Shown here: positions 53,720 through 64,000 of the stretch, piece by piece
Layout: each line of letters opens with the position of its first letter
Position numbering within the stretch: position 1 is the first letter of the stretch
Assembly (NCBI GenBank): GCA_032718475.1
Contig: JAUCBJ010001839.1
Location: 27,755 to 91,754 of the forward strand
Direction of reading: 5' to 3'
Origin: Nemertoderma westbladi
Lineage: Eukaryota; Animalia; Xenacoelomorpha
DNA length: 64,000 nucleotides
Program-made: the position numbers and the translations under genes
The notes under the pieces: generated by a model
Seen by the model: the letters and a program-made list of their open reading frames with translations, nothing else
Database searches by the model: none
What the model was told of the DNA's origin: nothing

Positions 53720-54160
53720 CTGATGATATACATAACGGATGTTAGGTGATGTAATATAGTTGCACACAGAACACAGTGTCTGGGGGAGCTGATGATATAC
53801 ATAACGGATGTTAGAGATGTAATATAGTTGCACACAGAACACAGTGTCTGGAGGAGCTGATGATATACACAACGTTTAACTGATGTAATATAGTTGCACA
53901 CAGAACACAGTGTCTGGGGGAGCTGATGATATACATAACGGATGTTAGGTGATGTAATATAGTTGCACACAGAACACAGTGTCTGGGGGAGCTGATGATA
54001 TACATAACGGATGTTAGAGATGTAATATAGTTGCACACAGAACACAGTGTCTGGGGGAGCTGATGATATACACAACGTTTAACTGATGTAATATAGTTGC
54101 ACACAGAACACAGTGTCTGGGGAGCTGATGATATACATAACGGATGTTAGATGATGTATT
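53698..54160. repeat. ~67-69-bp minisatellite, 7 copies, containing the exon B acceptor
   Basis: aacacagtgtctgggggagctgatgatatac... repeated; each unit has catcag|CTCCCCCAGACACTGTGTTCTG-like sequence on the minus strand. Confidence 0.94.
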
Positions 54161-54491
54161 AGGTAACTAAATGTGATCGATTGGCTTAAAATGTCAAGTA
54201 TTTTGTCAGAACTTTTTATTGATTTTGACGGCTTCGATTGAGGTTCAAATTGAGTTATATGGATATGAAAAATAATTAAAAAATTATCGCTGGGACCTGG
54301 ATTTGAACCATTTCTGTCATTGTCAGGAATTAATTATAAGTAATCTTACCGATTTTATCACTATTAAGGGGGTGCTTTGTACCAAAAATGTACGGTTGAC
54401 CTTTTTAGTTGTCAGTTTAGTTAAAACCCAAAAATAATAATAATAACTAACTACCGTTATATAGTAAATAATTATACTAGCAATCTCTTAC

Positions 54492-54671
54492 TTGTAGGTG
54501 GGCTGCATATTTCAACAGTTTCTGGATCAACACAGGCGCCGTCATGGAATACATGGCCTTGGGGTTGACAAGTCAATGTGATTCGCTCTCCTTGAGGTGT
54601 ACATCGGTAATACTGCGTGTTACACTCGTCTATGATATGGAGTCCCTCTCCTTCCTCATCACAGAACTCAT
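54492..54671 (-). CDS. Exon A: chitin-binding type-2 (peritrophin-A/CBM14) domain
   Basis: tttcag|AT GAG TTC TGT...ACA A|gtaag; 180 bp, phase 1-1; DEFC..ECNTQYYRC..LTCQPQGHVF..ACVDPETVEIC six-Cys pattern. Confidence 0.82.
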
Positions 54672-55472
54672 CTGAAACGAGATTAATCACAGTTATCTTC
54701 CAACCATCAACTACTGTACTAAAGTTGTAGTGAAATAAAAATTCCTCGATACTATAACTGAAGTGATAACTTTCCGCAATTATCTTTATTGGGCCTACTA
54801 TATTTAATTATATATTTCATTCGAAATAAAACTCTAATTTTGTAGAGAATAAGTGTTATATATGATAACAGCCGAATCCTAACATAATCTAACAATGCTA
54901 GAGACTCATTTGCGTGTTAGGTTTGAATTATAAACACAAGCACACACGAATCTTGGAATACTTTATTTAATATTAATTAAATATATTAACTACTGTATAT
55001 ATTTTTAATTACCATTTTATGCTGTAGTGGTACATTCCCTCAGAACGGGAATAAACTTTTTAGATATAGGTCTTTGTGGCTGATTTCGAATGCCATATAT
55101 TGTAAAAGATATTTTAATATTTTATCCTATATTTGGCCTATATTTTATCTGTGTTTTTTTATTATCTTAATCTTAATCTTTTTAACAAGATGTTAATATG
55201 GCGCCGATGTAGTCAGAAGTCCAGATGATAAATAAATTGTATAAATTACTAAATGGGTCGCGGTGTTGCTCCCTAACCCACTACATATGTTTCGGTAGCA
55301 TTATGAATGTAAACATTAGGCCATCTCTGGACACATGGTCGATGCGTTTAAGGCCAGAGTAATGAATTGGTGTATAAATTTTTATGTCCGCGTTTAGCGA
55401 GACAGTCCTCTAGTATTCACTCCGTTGTTGTTGTAATTTCCATTTAGGTTTTAGTTTTAGAAGTCTTCATAC

Positions 55473-55545
55473 GGCACAGTGGCGAAGTTGGTAGAGCGTT
55501 GGACTTGGAATCTCTAGGTACCGAGTTCAATCCCACTTTCCGGTT
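55473..55545 (+). pseudogene. tRNA-derived sequence (SINE head or tRNA pseudogene)
   Basis: A box TGGCGAAGTTGG and B box GAGTTCAATCCC at tRNA spacing; acceptor and anticodon stems do not pair well. Confidence 0.6.
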
Positions 55546-56305
55546 AATTTGTTGGCAGTAAGTCATTGAAGGGGAGAGTTCATGCGTTAGTAGACGCGGA
55601 CCTTAGCGCGATTTCGCGCTTGTTAAATTAAAACTACTAAATTACCTTAAATTTGAGTAGAATTTTGAAGTAATCTACTAAATAACTCGCAATCTATGTA
55701 TATAATATAGTATATACCCCCTCCCCCTTCCTTTTCAGAATACAACTAATCCCACAGTTATTATATAACTTAATTTCTATATCTTGAAAGAAATACAGTA
55801 CCGGTATTGCTTAAGCACAAATTATTTTTTATACTGTAGGTTCGAAGTAAGGGGTGGGAGAGGGGGATGTGGGGTAGCCTGTGTGTGTACCACCATTAAT
55901 TGTATATTTGAAGACATTTAAGTAGGGGACCAAAAGGATGGCCAAAAATTGGGTACAAACATAACATTATAAATTTTTGTCGCCCTCTAGCGGCCACCAC
56001 TAGTAGTGCTCAATTTTTCGAGAGTTAGTTTCACAGAATCAGCAACCTCCCAACTCAACAAAACTTAAAATTTTTGTTTTTCGTCTTAAATAATTTCGAT
56101 TAATATTAACTATTATTAATCATTATTAAATAGGTATTAACTAATTAAAAATAAACAAATCAGATTCTAACCGATAACTTTTAAAGAAAAGCTGAAAACA
56201 GATCTTAAACTAACAAATTTTGCAAATTGGTTACGAAATGGCGGAGAATTGGGATTTTAAAAGAAAAATGTCATTCCCAGATAATCGTCTTCAAATTTAA
56301 TGTGT

Positions 56306-56500
56306 GGGACGAGCCACGAAGTGAGCGAAGCCTTAGCATAGAGGTACCATTAACGATTTCTCTGTCGTCGTCGTCGTTTGTTGGTTGTAGTCTAATTTTT
56401 GATCGCTACAGGTAATAACTCAGTTATGAAATTAAACCAAAAGTGGTACAAACAGTATGCAGTCCGTAAAAAGTTTAGAAAGAATCTGAAGTTTGGAAAA
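56306..56500 (+). mobile_element. 5' part of a third copy of the TGT-flanked family
   Basis: tgt|gggacgagccacgaagtgagcgaagccttag... aligns with 12443-12625. Confidence 0.68.
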
Positions 56501-57480
56501 AATCAGACAGTCGGTACAGTGCCGGATTAAGGCACATTTTAGTAATTTCCAAAAATGGCCCAAAGATAGAATTTTTCCGCAAACCCTTTCAAAAGAAAAA
56601 GCTGCTAAAAACAACTGAAATTGTGAAAATGTTGCGAAGGAAATATAAAGTATTTTCGTTGGATGACTGCGTGCAAATAAGTACTAAGTACTATTTTGTG
56701 ATAGACAGTGACAATTGACAGGTGTAGCAAATCGTTACAAAATCGGTTCTAGAAGATCCAAATGGCCATGTTTTACAAACCAATATTCACGATTGTAGCC
56801 CTAAATATGCTAAACATTTTGGTATATGTTTAATGGAAATTGAGTACAAAATAAAAAAGTAGTAGGGAATTTAGTGATGAAAAAAGTCAAAATCGACAAA
56901 CTGATAAAAAGGTTGTTTTATATACAGTAGAGAGGCATAAATATCAGCAATATATTATGTTGTTGTTGAAAAGAGCAGTTTTGAGGTCAAAGAATAATTC
57001 AATGTTGAAAACAGATATCACCTTTTATGAAAGCCCTTCTATCAAACTACAAGAAAATTTGTAAATTTTCGAAAATTTCATTTCTGTGTGGGTTATAGTT
57101 GGCCCCCTTAAGGCTGACTGGCCCCTGTAGGCATTTAGCAATTTTGATCGAATCGTGGGAATGTGTTATCTATTTGCTGTAGGTTTTGCAGGGTACTATC
57201 TTTACAGGACTTGCTGATAAATACAACACACCAAAAGTGTGGGCTTAGTGCAAAGATATAATATTTCTGATCTAGATTTGGACTTGCTGAGAAAGTAATG
57301 TTCTTCGATAAGAGAACAGTCTCGGAAATAAGTACTTTTTGTCACTAATTTTAATTTACCCAAATTCAATTATGCTCAGGGTTGATAAAAATCACGATTT
57401 AAAAAAAAAAATAAAAAAAAATCAGATTTTTTTTTTATTCAGATTTTTTTGATTTAAATCAGATTTTTATGATTTAAATC

Positions 57481-57875
57481 GGGTGACTACAAAGCAAAGA
57501 CCCAATTAACAAAGACATGTACAAAACACATCTGTTAACTTTTGTTTATTGTTTTGGTTCCCCCAACACGCTTCTGTAACCTGCTCCTTTACGAACCTGC
57601 TCCTTTACTAACCTGCTCCTGTAAATGGCAATGGGACCTAATGCTCTATATGGCAATGGGACCTAACGCACTTTGGGACGTAACGCATCTTTACCTCTTT
57701 GTTTTGTAGAGTTCCCAAAGCTCATTAGGTTATATTGCCATTTAAAGGAACAGGTTAGTAAAGGAGCATGTTACAGAGGCTTGTTGAACAAAACAATAAA
57801 CGAAAGTTAACACATGTTTCAAGATTATGCAGGTCTTTATTATTTGGGTCTTTGGTCTTTGTTTTGTAGTCACCC
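57481..57875. mobile_element. MULE/foldback-type MITE with long TIRs
   Basis: GGGTGACTACAAA...TTTGTAGTCACCC, ~150-bp imperfect arms, 9-bp TSD ATTTAAATC (57472-57480, 57876-57884). Confidence 0.85.
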
Positions 57876-58245
57876 ATTTAAATCACATTTTTTTATTTAA
57901 ATCAGATTTTTTTTATTTAAATCAGAATTTATATGAAAACATTGTGAAGACTTTCTCTACGGAGCCCCTAAAGGGACATGAGAAAAAAAATTTTTTTTTT
58001 GCTAACTCGTGCGAACGACTTAACTAACTCGTGCGAACGACATAGTAAGTCGTGCGAACGACTTAACTAACGCGTGCGAACGACATACTAAGTCGTGCGA
58101 ACGACTTACTAAGTCGTGCGAACGACTTACTAACTGTACTTTGATTGGCTAAATAATACTGGTAATAAAAGTACAACCTTTTTAGCGGGTTTTTCAATTC
58201 AATCTACAGCATCCATCAATTCAATCTACCATATTGGATATAGGC

Positions 58246-59435
58246 CTACAAGTATACTCGGATATTTTGTCTCCTAAGGAATCCCCACCACGCTTCAATC
58301 CTCTGATTAGCTGTGCTTGCGCCATCGATGTAACAGGTCTGTTGCATATTGTCAGTGTGATCTCTACGGATGAACTTCTGAAAGTCTCGAACGCGAACAT
58401 TTTCTGTTCCAAAATCCCCACGAACAATCCGCGGAGCACCCTTGTTCTCAGTTATCGCTTCCAGGAAGTAGCCCCCGATAACTTTACTGTCATTGTTGGT
58501 CTTATATACGTTCAACCAAATCATTTTCCGGGAATATCCATCAATGCACCCACTGGTTTCATTAGGGATGTTACGCATTACTTATTCGAATTGAAATACG
58601 GATACGTTCTTTATTTAAATCGAATATTGTGGCGGAGTCACAATATTGTACAATACTCTAAATAGTAGCACCTATCTCACCTTCCCCCCCCCCCAAAACC
58701 TGAGATTTCGATTACAGCTGTTCGATACAATAGTGAGATGGGAATGTTGCTTAGCAACACAGCAACAACACCTGACACTATAATAAGCTTATCTAACAGC
58801 GCCGACCGTAGATAAGATAATACAGCTACTTAGTGACTTAGTTACAATAAAATTAATATGTTAAAGATATTATACTGAAATAATACTGTTACTTTATTTC
58901 AAGCCGCGTTGTTTATATAGAACCCCATAATTTACTTTATTTCACGCTTACTTGAAAATAAAATATTCTAATAATATTTAACAAGGAAATTCGTGACATC
59001 CCTAATGCATAATCCATAAGGTTTCAATTTGTCGTACCCGTCTAGGTGCCAGATAAAATTCGGTCCCTTAGCAAAGTACTGGCGGCGACGCAAACGTCTC
59101 GTAGCGCGCCATTGCGATGCTTCAGGATCAAGCATGCGGAGAATGTGACGCACATCTTCCTTTCGCACTCGCAGACCAGCTAATAAGTACTTGGTGTGTA
59201 TCATGCGATACCCATGCAGGTGTCCCGATCCTTTAATTTCATTGGAAATGAAATTAATGACTTCTTCCGTATTAGTGTAAACATTTCTCCTGCCCAAATT
59301 CAGTCCACTCAATATTCTTTTAATTTGTCGGACGCTTAGGATAACTTCATTATTTAGTTTTAAAGCAGATGAAATCTGTCCGTATGTTAGGCCTAAGTTA
59401 AAGTACGTCGATATTAACAGAGCGCGTTCAGCCAT
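58246..59435 (-). pseudogene. IS3-like DDE transposase interrupted by a MITE and truncated at the 3' end
   Basis: GPNFIWHLDGYDKLKPYGLCI // SGCIDGYSRKMIWL..VRGDFGTEN..NQRIEAWW: D-D-E triad split across two ORFs. Confidence 0.85.
58563..59004. mobile_element. hAT-like MITE inserted in the IS3EU transposase
   Basis: TAGGGATGTTACG / CGTGACATCCCTA TIRs (12/13); splits LCI|SGCIDG; no clean TSD. Confidence 0.75.
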
Positions 59436-60439
59436 TGATAATAATATTTTCAACCAATAATGCCATTAACAACAATGCTGCAGATTGAATTGAAAAACCC
59501 GCTAAAAAGGTTGTGCTTTTATTGCCAGTATTATTTAGCCAATCAGAGTACAGTTAGTAAGTCGTTCGCACGACTTAGTATGTCGTTCGCACGAGTTAGT
59601 TAAGTCGTTCGCACGACTTACTATGTCGTTCGCACGAGTTAGTTAAGTCGTTCGCACGACTTAGTATGTCGTTCGCACGACTTAGTATGTCGTTCGCACG
59701 ACTTAGTATGTCGTTCGCACGACTTAGTAAGTCGTTCGCACGACATACTAAGTCGTTCCACGAGTTAGCGAAAAAAAATATTTTTTTTCTCATGTCCCTT
59801 TAGGGGCCCCGTACTTCTCGCTTCATCAATGCCCTCTTGTTTAAACGGGATCCCGATCCTTACACCGAAAATCCGGGATCCCAGCGAAATATCCAATCAC
59901 GATTCCGACTTTTTTGGAACGGGATCCTGAAGTTTAAAGTGATAAATAAATTTGTTGAACATCTAAAAAAAGTTCCAGCAGAACGGGAATGTCTGGCCTT
60001 AAAGCATGGTTGATAAAATTCATGATATTAAAAAAATAAAAAAAATCTGATATTTTTGATTTTTATATGTGATTTAAATCATGATTTAAATCAATGATTT
60101 AAATCAAATGATTTAAATCAAACAACCCTGATTATGCTGTCCGACAGTTTTACGTTTTGCCAGAATTGCACCTAAAATGCCATCGTATGCAAAATGCAAT
60201 ACACGAGGGCAGAACATCTGAATTTCGGTTAAATTAGGGGGAGATGGTACCCCAGTACTTTTCATAAATATGAAAATTTTCGAAATTTTTTTTTATTAAT
60301 TCTAAATCAGAATTTAACGTAGATTTCAGAAATCGAAATCCTAACATCACATCATAAGCTTAAGTTGTCTGTTTTTCTTTTTGTCTGTCTATTGGTCTGT
60401 TTTTCTGTTTGTCAACAAATTATGGATATAAAAATATAC

Positions 60440-61260
60440 ACCACCTAACTAAAATAATTGCTACATGGGTTTTCGTCGTCGCGGATTTCATTTCCGGGGT
60501 CAGTTTTCAAATTTGACGTAATCTAGTTTGTCTGTCCGTCTGTCGGTCTGTCTGTCAAAAACATAACGAATCACACTACGTAAGGTTTTAAGGTCGGTGA
60601 TTTCATTTCTGGTGTTATCTTTCCTGTTTGAAGGAGTCTATTATGCCTTTATATTTGTCTGTCAGTCGATCTGTCTGTACATACAGACAGACTTAAACAG
60701 ACAGTCTAGGTTCATGCAATTATTAAAAATGACATGGGAAATGAAATCAGCAACTAGGAAAACCCCCATATCAGAAATTATAGTAAAGTGATGTGTTTAC
60801 TTATATTTTATCTGTGACACCGACAGTAAGTCAGACAGAGAGACAAACAGACAGACAGACCGACAGACAGATAGACATACAGACAGTCCAGATGTCATCA
60901 AACATTAAAACATGTATTAGAAATGAAATAATAGACTAGGAAAACCCCCATATCTGAAATTTTATTCAGGTGACATGCCTCCTTATATTTTGACTGACAG
61001 ACAGACAGACATAAAAACAGACATTCTAGGTTCAGTCAAATATTAAAATTGACATCGGAAATGGAATCAGACACTAGGAAAACCCCCATATCATAAATTA
61101 TAGTTAAGTGATGTGCTTACTTATTTATTGTCTGTGAGATTGACAGTCAGACAGACAGGCAGTTAAGATATCATCAAACATTAAAACATATATCAGAAAT
61201 AAATTCAGCGACTACAAAAACCCCTAAATCGTAAATTTTGGTTCGTAAATTTTGGTTGGT
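60440..61260. repeat. Degenerate ~140-180-bp internal repeats with (GACA)n inside the outer hAT
   Basis: ggaaaaccccatatc..aaatt motif at ~60757, 60938, 61076 and 61213, with inverted partial copies at 60460-60610. Confidence 0.6.
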
Positions 61261-62621
61261 AAATTTTCGCTGGAGTAGTTTATTATATTTTGGCTTATTT
61301 TTGAAATTTCCCGCGTTTTACATAAAATTAGCGGGAAGGTTTGAAAACTTAAAATGCGTTTTTCTCAGCATCTTATTTTTCGTGAAATTTCGAAATAAAT
61401 GTACCTTTTTCTCGAGAACGGCTTGATGGAATAGGCTGAAATTTTCGCAGCAGGTTTTTAGTAGTGAGACACAATTGTGGAACCTCTAAAAACATAATAT
61501 GTTTAAAACAATTATCAAATGTATTTCTAATATAAACTTCGAAAATGTGTCATTTTTGGTTTTTGGTGCACTTAAGTGACCCTCAAACATAGACACAAAA
61601 AAATTTCAATTTTTTTAGGTTCCAGGTGTGTTGTGTCTCGATAGTTACTCCAACCTTCTGGAAATTTTCATGAAATTCCATCTTGTATTTAGCTGTTCTA
61701 GAAAGTTTTAAGTACATAACTACAAATAATTCCCCACAAATAAATAAAATTAAATTCTCCATTGTTCATAATTAGCACTTTAATGTTTTACTGCCCATAT
61801 TTTATTATTTCCCTGCCATCAGTTCTTGAACTAATAACACAAGCAGCTGTCGGTCGATTGAGCTACAATTTTGCAATTTCTAACACAAATCTAGAGATAG
61901 GAAATAGTCGAAAGATGCACTTTTGTTCTGTTTTCTAGAAATTTTAGTGAGAAAAAATGTGGACTTTTCAGATAAAAATAATTTTTTTCACAGACTCGCT
62001 GAGAAAAAATGACCCGTATTTTCGTCTGGCCCTAAGGCACGTGCCTTATATGCCTTAAGGTTAATCCGGCACTGAGTCGGTACCGGTACCGGTAGTTTCA
62101 AACATATATAAAAATTCATCCCTCTCCAGGGGAAATTGGACGCAAATAACAGATGATTACTCTCAAAAATAAAACTGTAACCTGTTCTATTGTGTTTAGT
62201 TTATTGTTTTGGTTAATTGAGAATTTAACATTGAGGCGGGATATTAATTCGCCAAGGCGGGTTTTGGGTCCAGTTCCCCACCTGTCTCCTTTTGTATTGA
62301 TCGGATATTAACATACCACCACCGACCCACCACCCTCCCTTAAATTATAAAATTCAAATGTTGAAACTGCTAAACGAAATTTCGAAATATTTAAGCAAAA
62401 TATTTAAATCACCTATTACACGATAAAAAAAGTAGCATCATTTTCACTAATTCCGACGAAAATAATATGTAACTTCTCTCCGTTCTTACAGACAGAACGA
62501 CCAGAAATGTGTAAAAATTTAAGAAAATAAAAATAATATTATATTTTAACACCTTATGAAAATGGAAAATAAAAAACACCTACAGTAGCAGCTAGATACT
62601 ACATACCTAACTAAATACAAC

Positions 62622-63404
62622 CTATCTTAAACAAGTGGCGTGCCGACCCCCATCAACTGGCAACGTAACCCCAGTAATAAAATCCGCCGCTCCACTAGCT
62701 AGGAAAGCAATAACCCTAGCGACCTCTAGCGGCCGACCTGCTCTCCCCAATGGATGCGTCGACTTAGTCCTCTCCAGGAAAGCGGCGTACGCCGACTCAT
62801 CCAAACCCGCTCGTCTGTGTACCTCGGTTACTATGACACCCGGATTTACCGCGTTGACCCGCACCCCCTTGGAGGCCAACTCCAATGCGGCGGACCGCGT
62901 GAGATGGTCCACTGCGGCTTTACTCATGTTATAGGAGATGACGCCGGAGAATGAGCGGATTCCGTTGACACTCGAGACATTCACGATGCAACCGCGGGAG
63001 CTCACGAGATGCGGAATAGCTAACTGACTCAAACGGAAAGTCGACTTAACGTTTATATCAAATATCTGGTTGTATTCCTCGGGGGTTGTTGATTCTAGAG
63101 TACCGAGGTGTAGGATTCCAGCTGAGTTAACCAGAATGTCCAGCCTACCGAATCGTTCCACCACATCCGCTACAAGTTTCTTACACTCGTCATCGTCCGT
63201 AAGATCGCAGGTTCGTCGGAATACGTCGCCGGGTTCTCGGCATTCATTAGCTGTGGCGTCCAGAGCGTCGCTAACACGACCGGTGATCGCCATTCGGGCT
63301 CCTAGTTGGCTGAATAAGATAGCCGTGGCCGCGCCAATACCTGAACTGGCCCCCGTTACCAGAGCAACCTTATCTAATAATTCCACCAATTGTCGTAGAG
63401 ACAT
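62622..63404 (-). CDS. Classical short-chain dehydrogenase/reductase (FabG/3-oxoacyl-ACP reductase-like), 260 aa, single coding exon
   Basis: MSLRQ...VALVTGASSGIG (TGxxxGxG), LVNSAG, VNVSS, YNMSK (YxxxK), VRVNAVNPG, ITGVTLPVDGG; intact from ATG 63404 to TAG. Confidence 0.93.
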   Translation of the reverse strand: MSLRQLVELLDKVALVTGASSGIGAATAILFSQLGARMAITGRVSDALDATANECREPGDVFRRTCDLTDDDECKKLVADVVERFGRLDILVNSAGILHLGTLESTTPEEYNQIFDINVKSTFRLSQLAIPHLVSSRGCIVNVSSVNGIRSFSGVISYNMSKAAVDHLTRSAALELASKGVRVNAVNPGVIVTEVHRRAGLDESAYAAFLERTKSTHPLGRAGRPLEVARVIAFLASGAADFITGVTLPVDGGRHATCLR

Positions 63405-64000
63405 TTTTCTCAAAAGTAGAAAGAAACACAACAGGGATGGCTGACTGTCGTCTGTTAATACAGTAATAAACTTTTACTTGGTAGGTTAGGTGGTTGGTTA
63501 GACTAGCTAAACATTGAGAGTGTCCCCCAGTAGTATTTGCTACTCCTAGACACAGGGCTGCATGTAATCCTTGCACGGCCAGCATTCCACCAGTACCAAC
63601 AAATCACTATAAAGATTGAAGAAGGAATAACGCAGTACGATTGGTGCAATATCGACAGAGACACTTTTTTCAAATGTTTGTAGCTAAATAATGAAAGCAA
63701 AAATAAAAATTATGGCTCACCGACTATTGAGGAGGGGGGGTGAAACTACCTGTTTCAACGGTCAAAACGGATATTGGGATTATTTATCAACCAGATCCCG
63801 ATCCCAGACAGACAGTTTTGCGCGGTTGACAGTTTAAACCTTGAAGGCAATTAATTATCTGGGGAATACCGGTAACATTTTTCATTCAGAAATTCCAATC
63901 CTCGGACATTTATTAACCAATATTCGAAATTTTTAGTTTGATCTATTTTTGATTTATTTTTTCTTAATTTGTCTATTCTATTTTGTTCAAAAGTTATCGA

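Larger units (their letters stand above)
13110..54671 (-). other. Span of a multi-exon gene for an extracellular Cys-rich protein: ChtBD2-VWD-C8-TIL-TILa-(EGF/cbEGF)x~14 (zonadhesin/FCGBP/tectorin-like N-terminus, fibrillin-like EGF tail); partial at both ends
   Basis: 20 exons, all AG..GT bounded, with compatible phases and no stops across 3030 nt; domain Cys spacings recognisable. Confidence 0.88.
57958..59813 (-). mobile_element. IS3EU-type DNA transposon, internally deleted
   Basis: TACGG...CCGTA termini, long TIRs with 21-bp subterminal repeats, 6-bp TSD tttctc/cttctc (5/6), integrase-core ORF. Confidence 0.82.
57377..60130. mobile_element. Second non-autonomous hAT element nested in the first
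   Basis: CAGGGTTG...CAACCCTG termini, subterminal GATTTAAATC palindromes, 8-bp TSD ATTATGCT (57369-57376, 60131-60138). Confidence 0.88.
56517..62074. mobile_element. Non-autonomous hAT element (outer shell of the nest)
   Basis: Perfect 14-bp TIR CAGTGCCGGATTAA; 8-bp TSD AGTCGGTA (56509-56516, 62075-62082). Confidence 0.9.

Noticed and set aside
55005-55100. Candidate first exon ending AAAATG|gtaatt
   Set aside because: A phase-0 ATG is incompatible with phase-1 exon A and no intervening signal-peptide exon was found
55473-55545. Functional tRNA-Pro(TGG)
   Set aside because: Acceptor and anticodon stems do not pair; kept only as tRNA-derived
62622-63431. Bacterial fabG contamination or HGT; longer 269-aa start
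   Set aside because: Flanks are eukaryotic AT-rich DNA with no operon context and similar SDRs occur in animals; the longer ORF starts at a non-ATG codon
62635-63444. Plus-strand ORFs over the SDR, and similar ORFs over the Gypsy and EGF exons
   Set aside because: Antisense shadows of real coding sequence

Overview
Eukaryotic, AT-rich, repeat-laden genomic DNA, most consistent with an invertebrate animal. The backbone is one large minus-strand gene. I traced 20 GT-AG exons from 54671 down to 13110; they splice in frame into 3030 nt (~1010 aa) encoding chitin-binding (peritrophin-A/CBM14), VWD, C8, TIL, TILa and about 14 mostly Ca-binding EGF domains. The 5' end was not found and the 3' end runs off the window start. 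The EGF tail grew by intragenic duplication of exon pairs with their introns. The introns hold three paralogous arrays of one 21-bp satellite, a 17-kb array of a second 21-bp satellite, several minisatellites whose units contain the neighbouring splice site, a degenerate Ty3/Gypsy element with an apparent self-priming structure instead of a tRNA PBS, LINE/RTE and Academ relics, a Helentron-like element and MITEs. Upstream is a four-level nest of DNA transposons (hAT > hAT > MULE-MITE and IS3EU > hAT-like MITE) and an intronless classical SDR gene. Most ORF-track entries are repeat artefacts.
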